NCBI GenBank assembly: GCA_013265495.1
Contig: MU058781.1
Span: 9,963,009-10,027,008 of the forward strand
Source of the DNA: Vicugna vicugna
Taxonomy: Eukaryota
Reading direction: 5' to 3'
Length of the DNA: 64,000 nt
Of this stretch, positions 25,311 to 39,340 are shown in pieces (the stretch's first letter is position 1; each line of letters begins with the position of its first letter). Both the position numbers and the translations under genes were made by a program. The notes below the pieces were generated by a model. It was given only the letters and a program-made list of their open reading frames with translations. It was not told where the DNA came from and did no database searches.

Positions 25311-25879
25311 CTTATTAAATAATAATAATAATAAATATTTATGAGAAAGTTTTCCTTCAGAAGTCTGAGTTTAGGTAGAATTAGAGGGACAGGTGTGTTA
25401 GAAAGATAAGAGGGAGAGGGCTTTCTCTGCTCAGATACCGACTTTGGGTACCATGTTTTTTCTCCCAGTTATGTTTCTGTCTACCAGGATGTTTCAGGAT
25501 GTGGCAGCTCTCAAGGAAAACGCTACTTTCAGAGTTAGTTTATTTCTCTTGAGTCACATTTTCACATTTTTTATGCCCTTGAACATTTCCTTTGTTTTTC
25601 TGCCTGTTAAGCAGGACATTTGAAGAGAGGCTTACACAAAATTGTTTTGGGTCAACTTAAGTGTTTTTTGTTAGGATCAAGTTTCTAGAAATCTAGTCTG
25701 CCTTTTTACTAGAAAAGGTATTATAAAAACAATCTGTGTACATTCTTTATGTGCAGGTTTGTTTACCCTACTGGACTGTGAATTTGATCTAGTTTGAGAC
25801 TCCGTTTTAAGTTACTTTTGATTCCCTGGACCCGGTATATTACTTGATATGTAATGCACATCAGTAGATACTTTAGTTT

Positions 25880-26340
25880 TTAAAGGGGTGCGGAAAGCAA
25901 AACAAGGTTGGTATTGCTTTTGGGAAGGAGTGAGGAGGAGTTCAGAGGAAATGGCATTTACAGTCAGGGACAAAGAGAGGTGACTGGACATTAGACACTA
26001 GGTAATTTTGAAAGAACAGTTTGTAAGGTGGTAGAGGTGAAAGGTATAGAGGTGAGCAGAGGAGTGAGAGTTAAATGGTGAAGATGATGGGGAAAAAAAT
26101 GGAGAAGGTGAGCTTGAGGAGGAGGAAGGATTGAGAGAATAACATTTTTAATACGAAAACTCTCTAATCACAGCTTAGAGTGGGAAGATCTGATAAAGGT
26201 TGAAAAATTAAAGGAAAAGTGAGTAGTTGATGGAACAAGTTTGCTGAGAACATAGTAGAACTATGAGACAAAGAGTATAGTTAGAATGGTTTCACTTCAA
26301 AACAGAATAGAGAACAATAGAATGAGTGGTAATAAAATTC
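25880..26340 (-). mobile_element. L2 remnant
   Basis: Purine-rich; ctggacattagacactaggtaattttgaaagaacagtttg...gtggtagaggtgaaag. Confidence 0.5.
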
Positions 26341-28139
26341 AGTTAAGAGTAAGAGGCAAGAAAGGTAAAGGAAGATTGTACCTGATAGAAACTGTTTTTT
26401 CGTTTATTTGTAACATATTTCCCACCTATTACATAAAAAGGATTAGAGCATGTGGAATGTTGGTAAAAGGGCAAGAAATTGCATCCTGAATAATTTGATT
26501 GATACAGCTGCAGGAGAATGTATAACAATAGATGGCTAACACTGAATTCCATATGGAAAGGCAACAAAGAGAAAAGATTTGGGGATTATGCCCAGATGAT
26601 TCAAAAGAAAGTATCATCTATGTTCTCATTTATTTTCATTTAGCTCTCTCATCTGAGAGGTGCAGAACATCGGTCTTTTCTTCTGTAATCATTATCAGAT
26701 GTACCAGACTAGCATAGGTTTGCTGAGAGCAATAATTTGGGATCCCAAGGGAAAAGTTGTGAGTCTTTCCTGGGACCAGAGTAGAAACATCCCCACCCCT
26801 TCAGTTGAGATGATGACAAGAGTTGAGACTGCGTCTGGGCTGATTTTCCCCTCCATTTTCAGCTTTGGAGACCTAGGGACTCAATGTTGAGCTTTTGTCT
26901 ATGTGGAAACTTTACAACATGGTACCGCATCTGCTATCAAGGTGCTGAATCATGTACAAAATATAATGTGAATTTCTATATGGAACAGACCTTGAGAACA
27001 TTTTTATAATCAGAATTTGCTACAGACTCCACTAGCATTCTAGGTATAATTGTGTTGGAGAATGTTTTTCCCAGCACTTAAAATATTGTCTAATACTCAA
27101 GATAAATGATGTCTAAGGCAGGTAGGCATTCTTTGAATCATTGACCAGAAAGTAGATATTTTGTGGAGCCCCTCTTCTACCCTTAGATTTCCACAACCAA
27201 TTGCTTTTGGTAGAAAAGAAATCCACAGCTCTGAATATCCACTTACTGGGTCACTGAAAGGCAGTGGCCCAATACAAATATCATAACAAAAGATGAAACT
27301 CAGAAAGACCAAATAAGAAACAAAGATCAAGTGGAAAATGCTCTTTCCAAAATGAAACACAGTCCAGGAAAGCCTCAGTTGTTAGACCTTGAAGCTGAGA
27401 AGACCTTGGCTCTGAAATCTTGGCCTCCAGTACATAGGTGTATCTGTTCCTCTCTGTGTGGGTCCATGTGACATATACTTCTCAAGCATGGAAAAAGAAA
27501 ATTCATCCCAGCCCGCAGTGTAGGGCTCTCTAAAGACAGCTTCTTGTTTCTCGATCCTCCACCCCATCCTCCACAGGTTGCTATCATCATCTAAGTTCCT
27601 CTTGCCAGCCCCAGGACCAGCAATAACCCTGTTCTCTGTGGGCCATGAAGGAGGCGCTCTCTGCAGTGTCCGATTGAGAGACACTTCCCTTTACTGCCTT
27701 ATCAATCGCAATGCAAACCTGTCCCCCACTTACTCAAAACATCACCAGTTAGGAACTAGGACTCTTCATAGGAAAGGCCAGTGTAACCAATTCCTCTTAT
27801 GTATCACAAGTGTTATTATGGGAGTCTTTTTAAGGAAAAAAAAAAACGCTTTCGTCAAAAAGAGTGGCTGTATCGGAGCTAATGTCAGGAGGTGGGATTA
27901 ACCCGTGGGAAGGCACAGGTTGAACCTGGCCTTGTGTCTCTTCTTGTCCCAGACTTGCAGGTGAAGAGAAAGAATTTCCACTGTGTAAGGATACTGAGCA
28001 TGGCTTTTGTGTCTCTTGCTTTCAAACGCAATGTATCTCTTAACCCTTCTAAGAACAAGTGAAGAAATAAGTCCAAAGGGTTCAGCAGCTTTCCCTCAGA
28101 TGATTTAAGCCCATGTGTGCTTGAAACTTTATTGTGTTA

Positions 28140-28712
28140 ATTCCCCACTTGACCCTCCAGTGGTTTCTAGTCACACTTAGAGTAAAATCCAAAGTGTCAG
28201 TCATGCTCTGCAACGTCTTACCTACCTGGCCTCTGTCTCTGTCTCTGCCTTTATCGCTTGCAGTCACCCTCACCCTATCCATAGTCACGGTTTGCATGCA
28301 TCCATAGCAGGTTTCCTTGCTCTCCTAACAAAGCAGCTTTGCTCCACGTGCAGGTCTCTGCCTCTCCTGGTCCCACTGCTTGGGAAGCTCTTCCCTCAGA
28401 TGCCTGTGCAGTCTAGTCCAGCGTCCACTCAAACATCTCCTCCCCAGAGAAGCCTCCTCTGCTACCTGGTGTAAAAGAACATCCACCATCCCCAGTCGTT
28501 CTGCATTCCTTTATCCTACTTCATTTTCCTTTGAGGCCTTTTTCACTCTAAGGGATGTTATCAATATCACATTATGATTTGTCATGCCATATTTTTATTG
28601 TGTTTCACACTAAAATGTAAGTAAACTCTGTGGGTGGAGGCATTTTATCACATCAGTGCTTAGAACAACATCTGGCACTTAGGAGGTGCTCAATAAATGT
28701 CGAATGAATAAA
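28140..28712 (+). mobile_element. L2 3' end
   Basis: cacacttagagtaaaatccaaag...cagtgcttagaacaacatctggcacttaggaggtgctcaataaatgtcgaatgaataaat, the canonical L2 tail. Confidence 0.8.
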
Positions 28713-28779
28713 TTATATGATTAGTTTCTCTCCGCAGCCCCGTGCACCCTTTTGATGCAGCAGTAACGTCAGCATTTTC

Positions 28780-28900
28780 TAGTTGTTGCTGGTGTTTGCT
28801 GGGTGCTTACTGCATTTGGAGCATGAGCTAAATGCCTTGCAAACTTCATTACGTTTAATTTTCACACACTCACATAAAGAGATATGAGTGAGAATTCTGT
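28780..28900 (-). mobile_element. MIR fragment
   Basis: gctggtgtttgctgggtgcttactgc...gagctaaatgcctt...cattacgtttaattttcac. Confidence 0.5.
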
Positions 28901-30606
28901 TATACATTTATTATTACCTTAACTGTACCCTAATTTACATGACGACATCTTACGTTCAGGAAAACTAAATAGGGAGTTGCAAAACTAAGTGGGGCAGCTG
29001 GGATTGACTCTTCAATCCATGTCACAGGCGCTGTTGACAGACATGCACATGCTAGCTCATCAGTGAGTGTGTTACATCCATCCCCTGCTGGAATCAGTGA
29101 GTTAGCCCTGCCTCTTCTTGCCCAGATTAGAAAAATTGAGGCCAAGCGTAGTTTAGAGAATAGAAAAGACAGTGAGATCTAGAACCCACACTGCTTTACA
29201 CTTCCCTGCACACACCAAAGCAGCCTGTGACTAATAAAGAATCTGTTGGAAAATGTTAGCTACCAATCAAGAAGGGAAAATGTTTAGGTACCTACTGACA
29301 ACACTGATCAAAATAATACTCTCCGTGGCAAATTCAGAAGGAAAGTATGTGAAATTGACATTTGAAAATGTGAACAATATTGAATGAAATAAGAATCCTT
29401 TGGATATAAACTCAAAATTAACTCATAGTAGTTGGGAGATTTTAGTACATTCGTGTGTGACAAAGACAGGCTCTCAACTCAAAATAGATTTCTGATCCAC
29501 TTTGCAGCCATGTTGAAGATATTTAAATGGGAATAACCTAGATGACCAAGAAACTCACTCTAGCACTTATTTCTTCACAGTGTACAGCTTTGAAGATTAC
29601 TGTTGGAGCAAATTTCAGTATGTTTTACTCACAGGGGTTGAAAATAGCATTGGCATTCTATTGTATTAAAGGGGGAAATCATCAAAAAACATAACTGCTG
29701 AATTCATAGGAAATAGAATATGGATGGATGGATGGATTCCTAGACAGAGACTGGTACTCATACATTTTTATCTCAACTTTATTGTTTCAAATAATAGAAC
29801 ATCATAATCCAGAAGGCTCCCATTTAAGCATTTTAACTAATTACCTGCCAGCATGGAAGAAGTTATTTACACATGACATTTATCTATTTTCTCCTGAAAC
29901 AATACAGAAATGACATGGCAAAGATAAAGGGAGCACAGATTCCCCAGGAAAAAGAACTGGAGGGGAGACAACATTAGAAAAGAAAGTATTTTAGAAACTT
30001 GGGATAGAATAGACATGTAGTAGCTTATTATAGAAGAGAGAATCTAGCTAAATCTCAAGAAGGAGAAGGAGGGGGAGGGGGAAGAGAAGAACCAAACGCT
30101 ATATAAAAGAGGAGTCAGAATTGGAGAGTACTCTCATAAATTTAAAAAGAGTACAGAAAAAATAAATCTAGGGGTAATCAACCCAGAAAATGGAAAAAGA
30201 CATGCTCTTTCTTCCATGTTCTTCCCTGTGGGGCCTCCTTGCTGGCCAAGATTCAGCAGTGAGTGACACCTGAAGGTGATCTGGAGGGCTGAGAGGACGC
30301 CGGATCGTACGGTGGTCCGCAAGTGCCTGGGTATGGCAGGCAGGGATTCCACAGTGGCCTCTGGATGTCCTCCTGGGAATCACCACCTCAGTGCTGAAGG
30401 GAGCTGCTGTTTTCTCAGATCCCTAGATCCTCGAAATCTAGGAGAGCTTTCACTTGTCTCATTTCTCTAGCCTTTCCACTGGTTTTTAAACATATAATTT
30501 CTGTCTTAAATGGCTCTTTGCTTATAATACCTTGAGTAGTTTCTGTATCCCAGAGAAATTCTCACACAGCAGGTAAACAAAAATGAAAACCTTTTTTTTT
30601 GCTGTC

Positions 30607-30822
30607 TTTTTTCTTTTTTCTTTTTAATTGAACTATAGTCAGTTTCCAATGTTGTGTCAGTTTCTGGTGTACAGCATAATAGTTCAGTCATACATGAACA
30701 TACATATGTTTGTTTTCATTCTCTCTCATTATAGGTTAGTGCAAGATATTAAATATAGTTCCCTGTGCTACACAGTATAAACTTTTTTTGGTCTATTTTA
30801 TATATAGTAGTTAGTGTGTGTG
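30607..30822 (-). mobile_element. Short young L1 3' end
   Basis: tttttaattgaactatagtcagtttccaatgttgtgtcagtttctggtgtacagcat...tatagttccctgtgctacacagtataaac, the same subfamily as the 3' part at 16526-16721. Confidence 0.9.
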
Positions 30823-32032
30823 TTTATGTGTGGAATTGGAGGTAATCCAGGTGTTTGTCACTAGAGAAATTAATAGGTGAAACATTGTGGCTATGGTTAG
30901 TGGTGCATAGTAACATGTATCAGTTGGGATCACCAACTGTCCATCTATGAAATAACTTGGATGGATCACCAAGACAAAGACGACACAGTATTTACTGGAA
31001 AGGAGATAAAATGAGACTGATGACACACTGCACTTATGTAAATGAAAACACAGAAGCAAAACAATACTGTACAATTGACACTGGAATGTGTGTATATATG
31101 GGAGAAGGAGATGAGAGTTAGCATTGAGTGTGGATAAAGAGGAGAACATAATACTGCTCTTGACAGACTGATAATAATGACGCTCTTGACTAAGGAGCAA
31201 GATTAACTCAGCTTTCCACACCTCTCTCTCTCTCTCTCTCCCCCCCCTCTCTCCCACTCACACGCAATTGAAACTGGGCAGCCAATTTGGAACCAGTGTC
31301 CATTGATGTTTAAGTCCAGGAGTGATGTGTGACAATGGCAGTAAGCATGCAGTGACTATTAAGATGAAGGTTAGATGAGAGTATTTTTAGCTGTACACTC
31401 ATTGGGGACAGGGATTGAGTTGAGTTCATCGTTGTATTCCCAGTGCCTGTTGATGCTCAGTAAATTTTTGTGAAACTGAACTGAGCTGAAATCAAACTAC
31501 CTCCTACCACAGAGTTCAGATTCTAAGGGCAAAATTTCCTAAATTAGAGTAAGTCATAAAAATAATCAGATCTCTCTTTTTAGTGCTGCTGCATCAGTAG
31601 AGAATAGTGAGCCATGAATAGCAGGCTCACCGTTGCCTTAGTTTTGATGATAAAAGTGTCAAGTACAGAGACGTAAAGTTAGCCCCCTGCTTTCTGACCA
31701 TGAGCTTTTACACCAGCTCTCTAGAGAAGGGGTTACTGGGTGGATTGGGGTAGTTTAGTCAGAACTCAGTCTCTTAGCAGTGTCTGTGATCTTACACACA
31801 GCCACATCTGGAATGAGAGGGCTCAGTCAATGACCATGCAAGAAACAATTATTTTTCATGCATTTTTAAGGAATCTTTGTTTTAGACTTAAAATGACCCT
31901 AAACTTGTATATAATCATTGGAATAATTCCACTCATCATGTGAAAAGATCAGGTCACTACATAGAAGATACCTCTAGAAAACTGGTATTCAATAACACAT
32001 GTTGACAATTATAACAAAGGTTAAGAAATATA

Positions 32033-32121
32033 GTATGTATGTATGTATGTATGTATGTTTACATTTCGGTATACAAGTACATATACACATACATACATGT
32101 TACACACACACACACACACAC
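32033..32121. repeat. Compound (TATG)n/(CATA)n/(CA)n microsatellite
   Basis: Direct reading. Confidence 0.9.
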
Positions 32122-33499
32122 TTTTTATGGACTTGACCCAGAGGACATTTGCTCTTTTACACAGCTTTATTGCTTAATTGGTAATTAGGTCCTGCTTGCT
32201 TGTGTGTGGCATTAACATAAATTGAGAGCCACACCAGGTGCATTCAATTAAGAGTTTTAAAGGGAGGTATCATGTTTTACCCACTTGGTTGCATTTTGAA
32301 AATATATTTAATAGGTTTATTCCAATGTCAGGGTTGCAATAAATGAAAGTCAAGCTGACTGAAAGCAGACCTGTCTTGTGGGTTAATCTTCCTGTCTCCT
32401 GATTCCCATCACCAGCTTTGAACCGATTTAGTCATCTTATTGCAGGCGTTGCCAAAGCCTGTGGCTGAGGCCTGCAGTTGCTCTTCCCCTGCACTAGAAG
32501 AGCTGCATATTTTTCTTCACTTGGAATGTTATTAGTCCGGGTCAGGCTAACTGTCAGAACTAACAAGGCACGGGGCCAATGATATCCATTATTTCTATAA
32601 AATAGCTGGATAGACTTAGGGGCAGCAGGAATAAGAAAGACGTAAACAGAGGCATTAAGTAACGGTGGTTCTGTTGGCCAAGGTCCTGCCTCTTGTTACT
32701 GTTCTTTCACTGGCTCTTGGCATGCCTGATGAACCCCTAGGAAGGGCCTTGACTAGCAGGCATCCGAGGTCTACTGGAGCATCATGCAATGTGATTATTT
32801 TTAGGCTTTTCTGAGAATGTGAAAAGTGTGTGGAATACCTTAAAGCTGAAAACTCAAGTAGAGAGAAGTAAGATACTTAGCTTTAGATACTGGATTTCTC
32901 TGGGAAATTAGTCAATGCTGATCCAGTTAGTTGTTGCTAATACTTTCTTGGAAGAAAATTCTTTTAAATGCAATAACACAGTACTTAAGAGTTTTAATGT
33001 TTCTTAGAGGGCACAGATAGGTGCACATATATTCACCTCTTGCATCAGCTTCTCCAAAATTGAATGACTCCTAGGACAAGTTTTTATGTGAAACTGCTAG
33101 GACCCCCATAAAATTCTCCCTCAGTATTCCCACTGGATTGTGTACCCAGAGCTCTACAGTTTAACATGCTATCTTGGTAGCTGTCAACACCACTAATGCA
33201 AGGTACTTAAACTATATTTCCTGTCCTTTCAAATCTTACTCATTCCTTAAGAAAATCCTCCATGCCTCCTGCCCCATTCAAAAAGTCTCCTCTGACTATT
33301 TTTGTATAAATGCATACAAGTTTTTATATTTATTAGAATTTGTGTTGTATTCTCTCAGTGTTTCATGTTAGAATGTTTCATGTTAGAATCTTTTCTCCTC
33401 AATTAACTTGCAGACTGCTAAAGGGAAAAGGTAGGCATGACATTTTATAACTTCCTGATACCTAATTAAGATGTTATAAATTCATGCTTTGAGACCTTC

Positions 33500-35830
33500 C
33501 CTTTTTGATCCAACATATGGCAAATAGCAGATAAAATATAAAAGATACACAATTAAATAACTTCGAAGTACTAAATGTACTGAGAGACCAGAAATGGAAT
33601 GAAATGCAAAATGTTAAGAGACACTAACACTGCAGGTCTGTTGGGATCTGCGGCTGGAAGCAAGAAGAGGTGTTTGCCGCGGGGTAGAAGGAAACATGGC
33701 CCCTTATGTGCAGTGGGGCTCAAGAGCTGATCTCGCTGCTCAGCTATGTGGAACTTCCTGAGACTGAAAAGGCAGTTAGAAAAAGCCCTGATTTACTAAT
33801 TTTGGGGGATACAATGTTTATAATGTTGCCTCTCATAGATGCCCAAAGAAGCAGACAGCCTTATAGCCAGGTAACCTTGAGCCAAGCCACCACTTGGCAG
33901 CAGGAAATGAAATCATGACAGCTTAAATAAAAATAAGAGAAAAATATCAGTGGTTTTAAAATCAGTGTGTTTGGAAGCTCTGAAGGACAGAGAAGTGAAT
34001 AGCTCCACAAAAAGAAAAAGCAAGTATGAAACCAAAATAGACATAAATGAAATAATGGAAGGTAAATATTTAAAAAATTAGAAATTCTTAAAATGAGAAC
34101 TATTGTTTTTAAATATTGATTATAACTGGGATAACCTTTAAATGAGACACAAAGAATCAATAAATGGGAATACAGTTTTGAGAAATTTTACAGAATGTAA
34201 CACAGTGGGTAGAGACATAAAATATGTGTAAGAGATATGAGAGACTGAGGTAATCATACTTGTGTAAGTGTTCCAGAGGAGAACTGAAGAAGTGTCTGAG
34301 AGGATCTATTTAAAAACGCAAGAATTTTCTGAATTGAAGACTGACATGAGCTTAGAGTAAAAATCTCCACCAAGTATCAAATCATAATAAATAAAAATAA
34401 GTTCATAGCCATGCCTGTCTTAATGTTACTGTAGTATACCAAGGATAAAGAGATTTGATAGCTGGGAAAGAGAAAGACATGATACCTGAAAAGGAATAAG
34501 TATTATAAATGATAGAAGAGTACAGAATAATGCCTTCATAATCTTAAAGGACTAAAAATTTTAAATATAAATTATATACCCCACTAATATACTCTTTAAT
34601 AATGAGATTGTAATAAATATATCTTTATATAAAGCTAAGAATTTATCTACTAACTATATCCTCACTATAACAATTTCGGACATATTTCCTTTATTGAAAG
34701 TAAAGGAAGAGTGTGTAAGAAATTAATGATAAAAGCTATGAATACATGTAATAAACTAATTGTAAAAATTAACTATTAGAATATTTCAAAAATGTGAAAT
34801 TTGAGACAATTACAAAGTTGAGGGTTACGGCTACTTAAAACATGCTCAAGTCTATAGACTTCTTTAGACAAGTTTAGAGTTATGCATATTAAATACTAAT
34901 TGCTGAAGGAAGAGTTACCAAACCAGCAGAAGGGAAAACAGTAATAATGAAATAATGAAGGTGTTTATGATACTTTATCAGTCCACAGGAAGTGAGAAAA
35001 GCAGCAAAACAAAAATAAAAACAAAAAAACAAACAAAACCCTGTGAAGACATAATAAATCAACACAAAATGTGATGGTAGACATTGAATGCATCTCAGCA
35101 TGTTAAGAAGATTAAATTCCCTTAATAAAAGATGAGAGTGAAAGCAATCTACCTTGTACCATTGGCCCTCTGTATCTGTGCATTCAGCATGTGCAGATTC
35201 GACCCACAGTGTGTTGGATCTGCGGAAGTAGAACCAGGGATACTGGGGGCTTACTGTACTCGCCATTTCATATTATGGACTCAAGCGTCCATGGATTTTT
35301 GGTGTCAGGGGAGGTGGATGAGAAGTGTCTTGGAACCAGTCTTCTGCCCATATAGTGGGAGGACTGTATACTAGTTTCAAGGGTGTAATTAAACAAAACT
35401 GCATAGAATGGTTAAAATTAAGAACTATTAACATTCAAATGCTAATTAAAAAAAGCTGCTGCTGCATACTACTATCAAAGTAGAATTTAAAGCAAAAGCC
35501 TTCAATAGGGCAATTATTTTATTCCAATAAAATGAAGATTCTAAGAGAAGCAAAACAATATAAAAATAAAGAATATGTAGGTGCTTAATAATAGAGCCTT
35601 GAAATGCACAAAGGAAATACAAACCTAATGAAGTAAACTGACAAATCTAGAAATACCATAGAAAATCTTAACATATTTTTATCATAATTAGACAAAATAT
35701 TAGCAAGTATATGGAAATACTGAACAAAACAATAAGATTGCTCAAGTATATTTATAATGTATAAATTATTAAACAGATCATATAGCAGATCACAAATAAT
35801 ATTTCAGAATATATCAAAGCCTTGGTATAG
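33500..35830 (+). mobile_element. Highly degraded old L1 (ORF1 to ORF2 start region)
   Basis: Long A-rich tract with L1-like motifs (agaattttctgaattgaagactgacatgag; caaagtagaatttaaagcaaaa; aatatgtaggtgcttaataatagagccttgaaat). Confidence 0.6.
35159..35366 (-). mobile_element. MER2/Tigger-like TcMar MITE nested in the old L1
   Basis: TA flanks at 35157-58 and 35367-68. Degenerate TIRs ccattggccctctgtatc / tagtgggaggactg. Internal actcaagcgtccatggatttttggtgtc...ttggaaccagtc resembles MER2. Confidence 0.75.
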
Positions 35831-38519
35831 CACAGACCACTTGGTATGGTTAAAACATTCTGTACTCATGTCTTTCTCTCAGCACGAGCTTTCTGGTGGC
35901 CACACAGTAAGCACTCAGATATTGGATAATGTGAACTGCTGTCCTGAAAGATACATTATATTCTAGATTTCAATTTTTGCTGTTTTCTACAAATGCAGCC
36001 TACAAACTGCCTGTCCACTCATGGGAGTCCTGTAAAGTGAATTGAAGAAAAAACTGAGAAAACTGAACAAAACCAGATTATCTTTCACAATATGAAAAAG
36101 CTATATGTGTCCATCTTTTTTTTTTTCAGTTATATGGAAAATGTGAAGCAGCAGAATTAGCGAAGGCAAAAGAACTCAGTTATTTCAAAATTATAATCGA
36201 TGTGCCATTAGTTAATTATGAATTAATATTACATTGTTCTGTTTAATAGTTAAGCATTTTGTATTTATCTGTTCAATGAAAACTTTATTGATTTGCTTTT
36301 ACTAAAAGAGAAAAAAAGCTTGGTCAGCCATCATGAAACAAGATGGCAGCTGGTAGAAAGCTCAGAATATATCCCTTTTGAAAACTTAAAAAAAGATTAT
36401 CTCACATAGTTAGTTTACAGCTATAAATATCCTAGGTGAAAAAGAAAGGCTGGACATTTTTAAAAGAATTGACATTTTATCTATTAAATTTATATTGGAT
36501 AGATAGAATGCCTATACCAATATTTCCTGATGTGTAGTTAACGTCATTTTACCTTTATAAATATCTACCAATCACAGCACATAAGTATAATTGTTGCTGT
36601 GCTGAGAGACTTTTTTTTCAGGGTTTTTGTTTTGTTTTGTTTATAATTGAGGCGTGAAAAAGTTCTAGGTTCAGCTGAAGTTCCTATGAAGAAACACATT
36701 TGAGAGACTTTCTGGTAAGGAACATAGTCTCACTCACCCTTAAGATCAAATCTGCACCCTTTAGTTCTCGTTCCCCAAACTCCATCATCAAAGACATACA
36801 TACCTGATAACACTATTTTTAATGCAGTGTTTTTAATGTAAGGATATATATAAACTGAACTCAAATTGTAACTGGAAAAACCTCAGGAAACTGGAACTGC
36901 TTTAGGGACTGACAGTTTTTTCCATCTCACTTTTATGATCCTTCTGGTATCTTACTATTCGTCACAATTTTGCTTTCTTGGCATCTACTTCATTCTTCTC
37001 TCCATTTTCTCTCAACCAACTTCTCTGGTTGGTTATAGGTTATATTTCCTCGCTGATTGTGCTCACAGTGAATAGGTGGGCAGGCCAAAAAAAAGGAGAA
37101 AGGCAGTATAGCAAAGTGTTTTAGAAGTGAGAAGATTAAGTGCTTACATCAGGGTGGCATTAAGTGCTCAATAAATGGTAGTTAAAAATTAGTAGCTCTC
37201 TTGTAGTTTTGCTTATTGTGTATATATTCCTGCTGGGGTTCTACTTTGACAAAAGTAGGAACAGGGTGCAGGCTTTCATTATGTCTGGTTTTGAAGAGCT
37301 AAGATGCTAACTAACTGTTTAACTGTTTCATGAGGATCCAAAATACTGTATTTTGTCAAAGAGGAAAACTTTTTTACTGTGAAGAGTGACCAGAGAGAAA
37401 AGTGAGAATGATATTTGTTCAAAGAGTCATCATCCGTGTCATACAGGACATTTTACTGAGGCATGTAAAAATGTCTTTTTATCACCAACTCCAATTTTAA
37501 AATAAACTCTAAAAAAAAAAAAAAAGAGGTATTGCTTGTTGAAGTTTCCCTTAACTCAAATGCTAGTTTGGGAAAGTTATGTCGAGTTTCTACTGCCCTG
37601 ATTTTCTTTTACTTGATCTCTGGTCCACGCTGTATGAGTTTTTGAAGTATATAAAAACCACTTAACTCCTTTGAGTATTTATTTATTTCAACAAGTAATA
37701 CACACATTCCCTAGTACAGAAAAACGTAACCCGTTCCAAGCACCAAATATTTCTTTAAAGTGTTTAAAAAGAGATAGTCATCCACCTCCAATAATCCCTT
37801 GGTTAAAAGATAACCATCAACTCAACACAGACATCGCTAAACCAAAACTAAATGAAAAATTAAAGTCATTTTGTAATCATAAAATAGGAAAAGCTTGAAA
37901 AAAATCAAATTTACTGTCCACCTCCACATACCATTTTCATTACTTCAAAAGTAGCCATCTTGGTTTAAAAATTCCCTCCTTTTCAGCGTCATGCACATTT
38001 GCTGATGACGTCCTTAAACAGAAGTGGTATAAAGTACTTATTCCCAAAGATTAATGTTTTGGTAATTATATTGAAAACTAGGAGACTATTGGAAATAAAA
38101 GTGAGGAACGATTGATGTGAAGACTGAAGTTACATCATCAAAAACTTTAACATGACTTTCTGAAAACTTTGGTCATTTTAACCATTTATATGATGTTTTA
38201 ATGTAATGGCAAGAAGTACAAAATTGAAATTGCAAAGCCGAGTTCCATAATTGCTTATAGATATGACATTGTTGATCTTGGATCTTTAAAAAACAAAGTG
38301 TTTTTATTGTACAAAGAACATACCTCCTCCAAAAAATAGGAAAAATATATGATTACAATAAAATTAAAGGAACGTTGGCAAAGTATCAAGCTAAAAGTAG
38401 AACCAGAAACAATTTGCAGGGAGGCAGGATTGAAATAACAGTAACAAGAAAAAATGTGTATCACACACTCAAAAAAATTGCACTTAACAAAATAGAGCTA
38501 CTACAGGCTACTTTAATAG

Positions 38520-38680
38520 TAATGGCTAATAGTAATTGAACACTTAATAAGTGCCAGGCAACACACTTGGCGCATATTGTTGTTTATTTCAAGCAACCTT
38601 CCTCTCAAATGGGTACTGAGATTATCCCCACTTTAAAGAACTGGGTTTCACATAGGCTGATAAATTACCTATGTTGCATA
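38520..38680 (-). mobile_element. MIR
   Basis: taattgaacacttaataagtgccaggca...attatccccactttaaag. Confidence 0.65.
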
Positions 38681-39089
38681 TATTTTGTCCTGTCTTTCCA
38701 CTCAACTTTATATTGTAGGCTTTTTTCCAGCCACTAAATTATTCTTTAGAAACTCGAAACACACAGAAGATGGTCATCAAATTATATAATTATTATGTAA
38801 GTAGACCATTCTTATTTGCATCCAACCCCCAATTTTTTTTAATACTCACCAGCACTGATAACTTGTTTAAACTTTGCTAATTAGATTAGATTAGAAAAAA
38901 AACCTCATAGTTTCATGTGGCAGAGCTCAAATACGTATTATCATTACAAGATTCAAATTAGAGCAAATACTCATATTATTTAACACATTTTATTAAAAAT
39001 GTTTTCCCAAAGAGTAGTTAAAAAAATTTAAGCCCCCCAAAAGTCAGTGTGATGAAATGTAGTTATTCTTATCCAGCTACATTTATCCA

Positions 39090-39340
39090 TTTTGGAGTGG
39101 CCATTTTCCTTCCATGGCCACGAAAACCGCATTTTTGCAAACAACTCTGATCTTTGCACTTGCCCCCTCCTACTCTCTACCTTGGCCAAGGGGGTCCAAA
39201 TCACCAGCTACACATATATCACTTGGAAAATGTGCACTCTCATCTCTCTCTCCCCAAGCCCCATCATCAAAGGCAGATACAGACTGGACTCGCGATTCAC
39301 GTTGATAATGTTGCAGCTCCTTGGGAACATTCCTTAACAT
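39090..39340. mobile_element. ERVL/MaLR LTR-like fragment
   Basis: ccttccatggccacgaaaac...ccatcatcaaaggcagatacagactggact. Family uncertain. Confidence 0.3.

Noticed and set aside
33359..33389. 15-bp tandem duplication tgtttcatgttagaa; a similar ~20-bp imperfect pair near 18393-18430
   Set aside because: Ordinary slippage micro-duplications.
37945..38015. YY1-like gccatctt and CRE-like tgacgtc as a promoter
   Set aside because: No CpG island or downstream exon evidence, and isolated short motifs are expected by chance.
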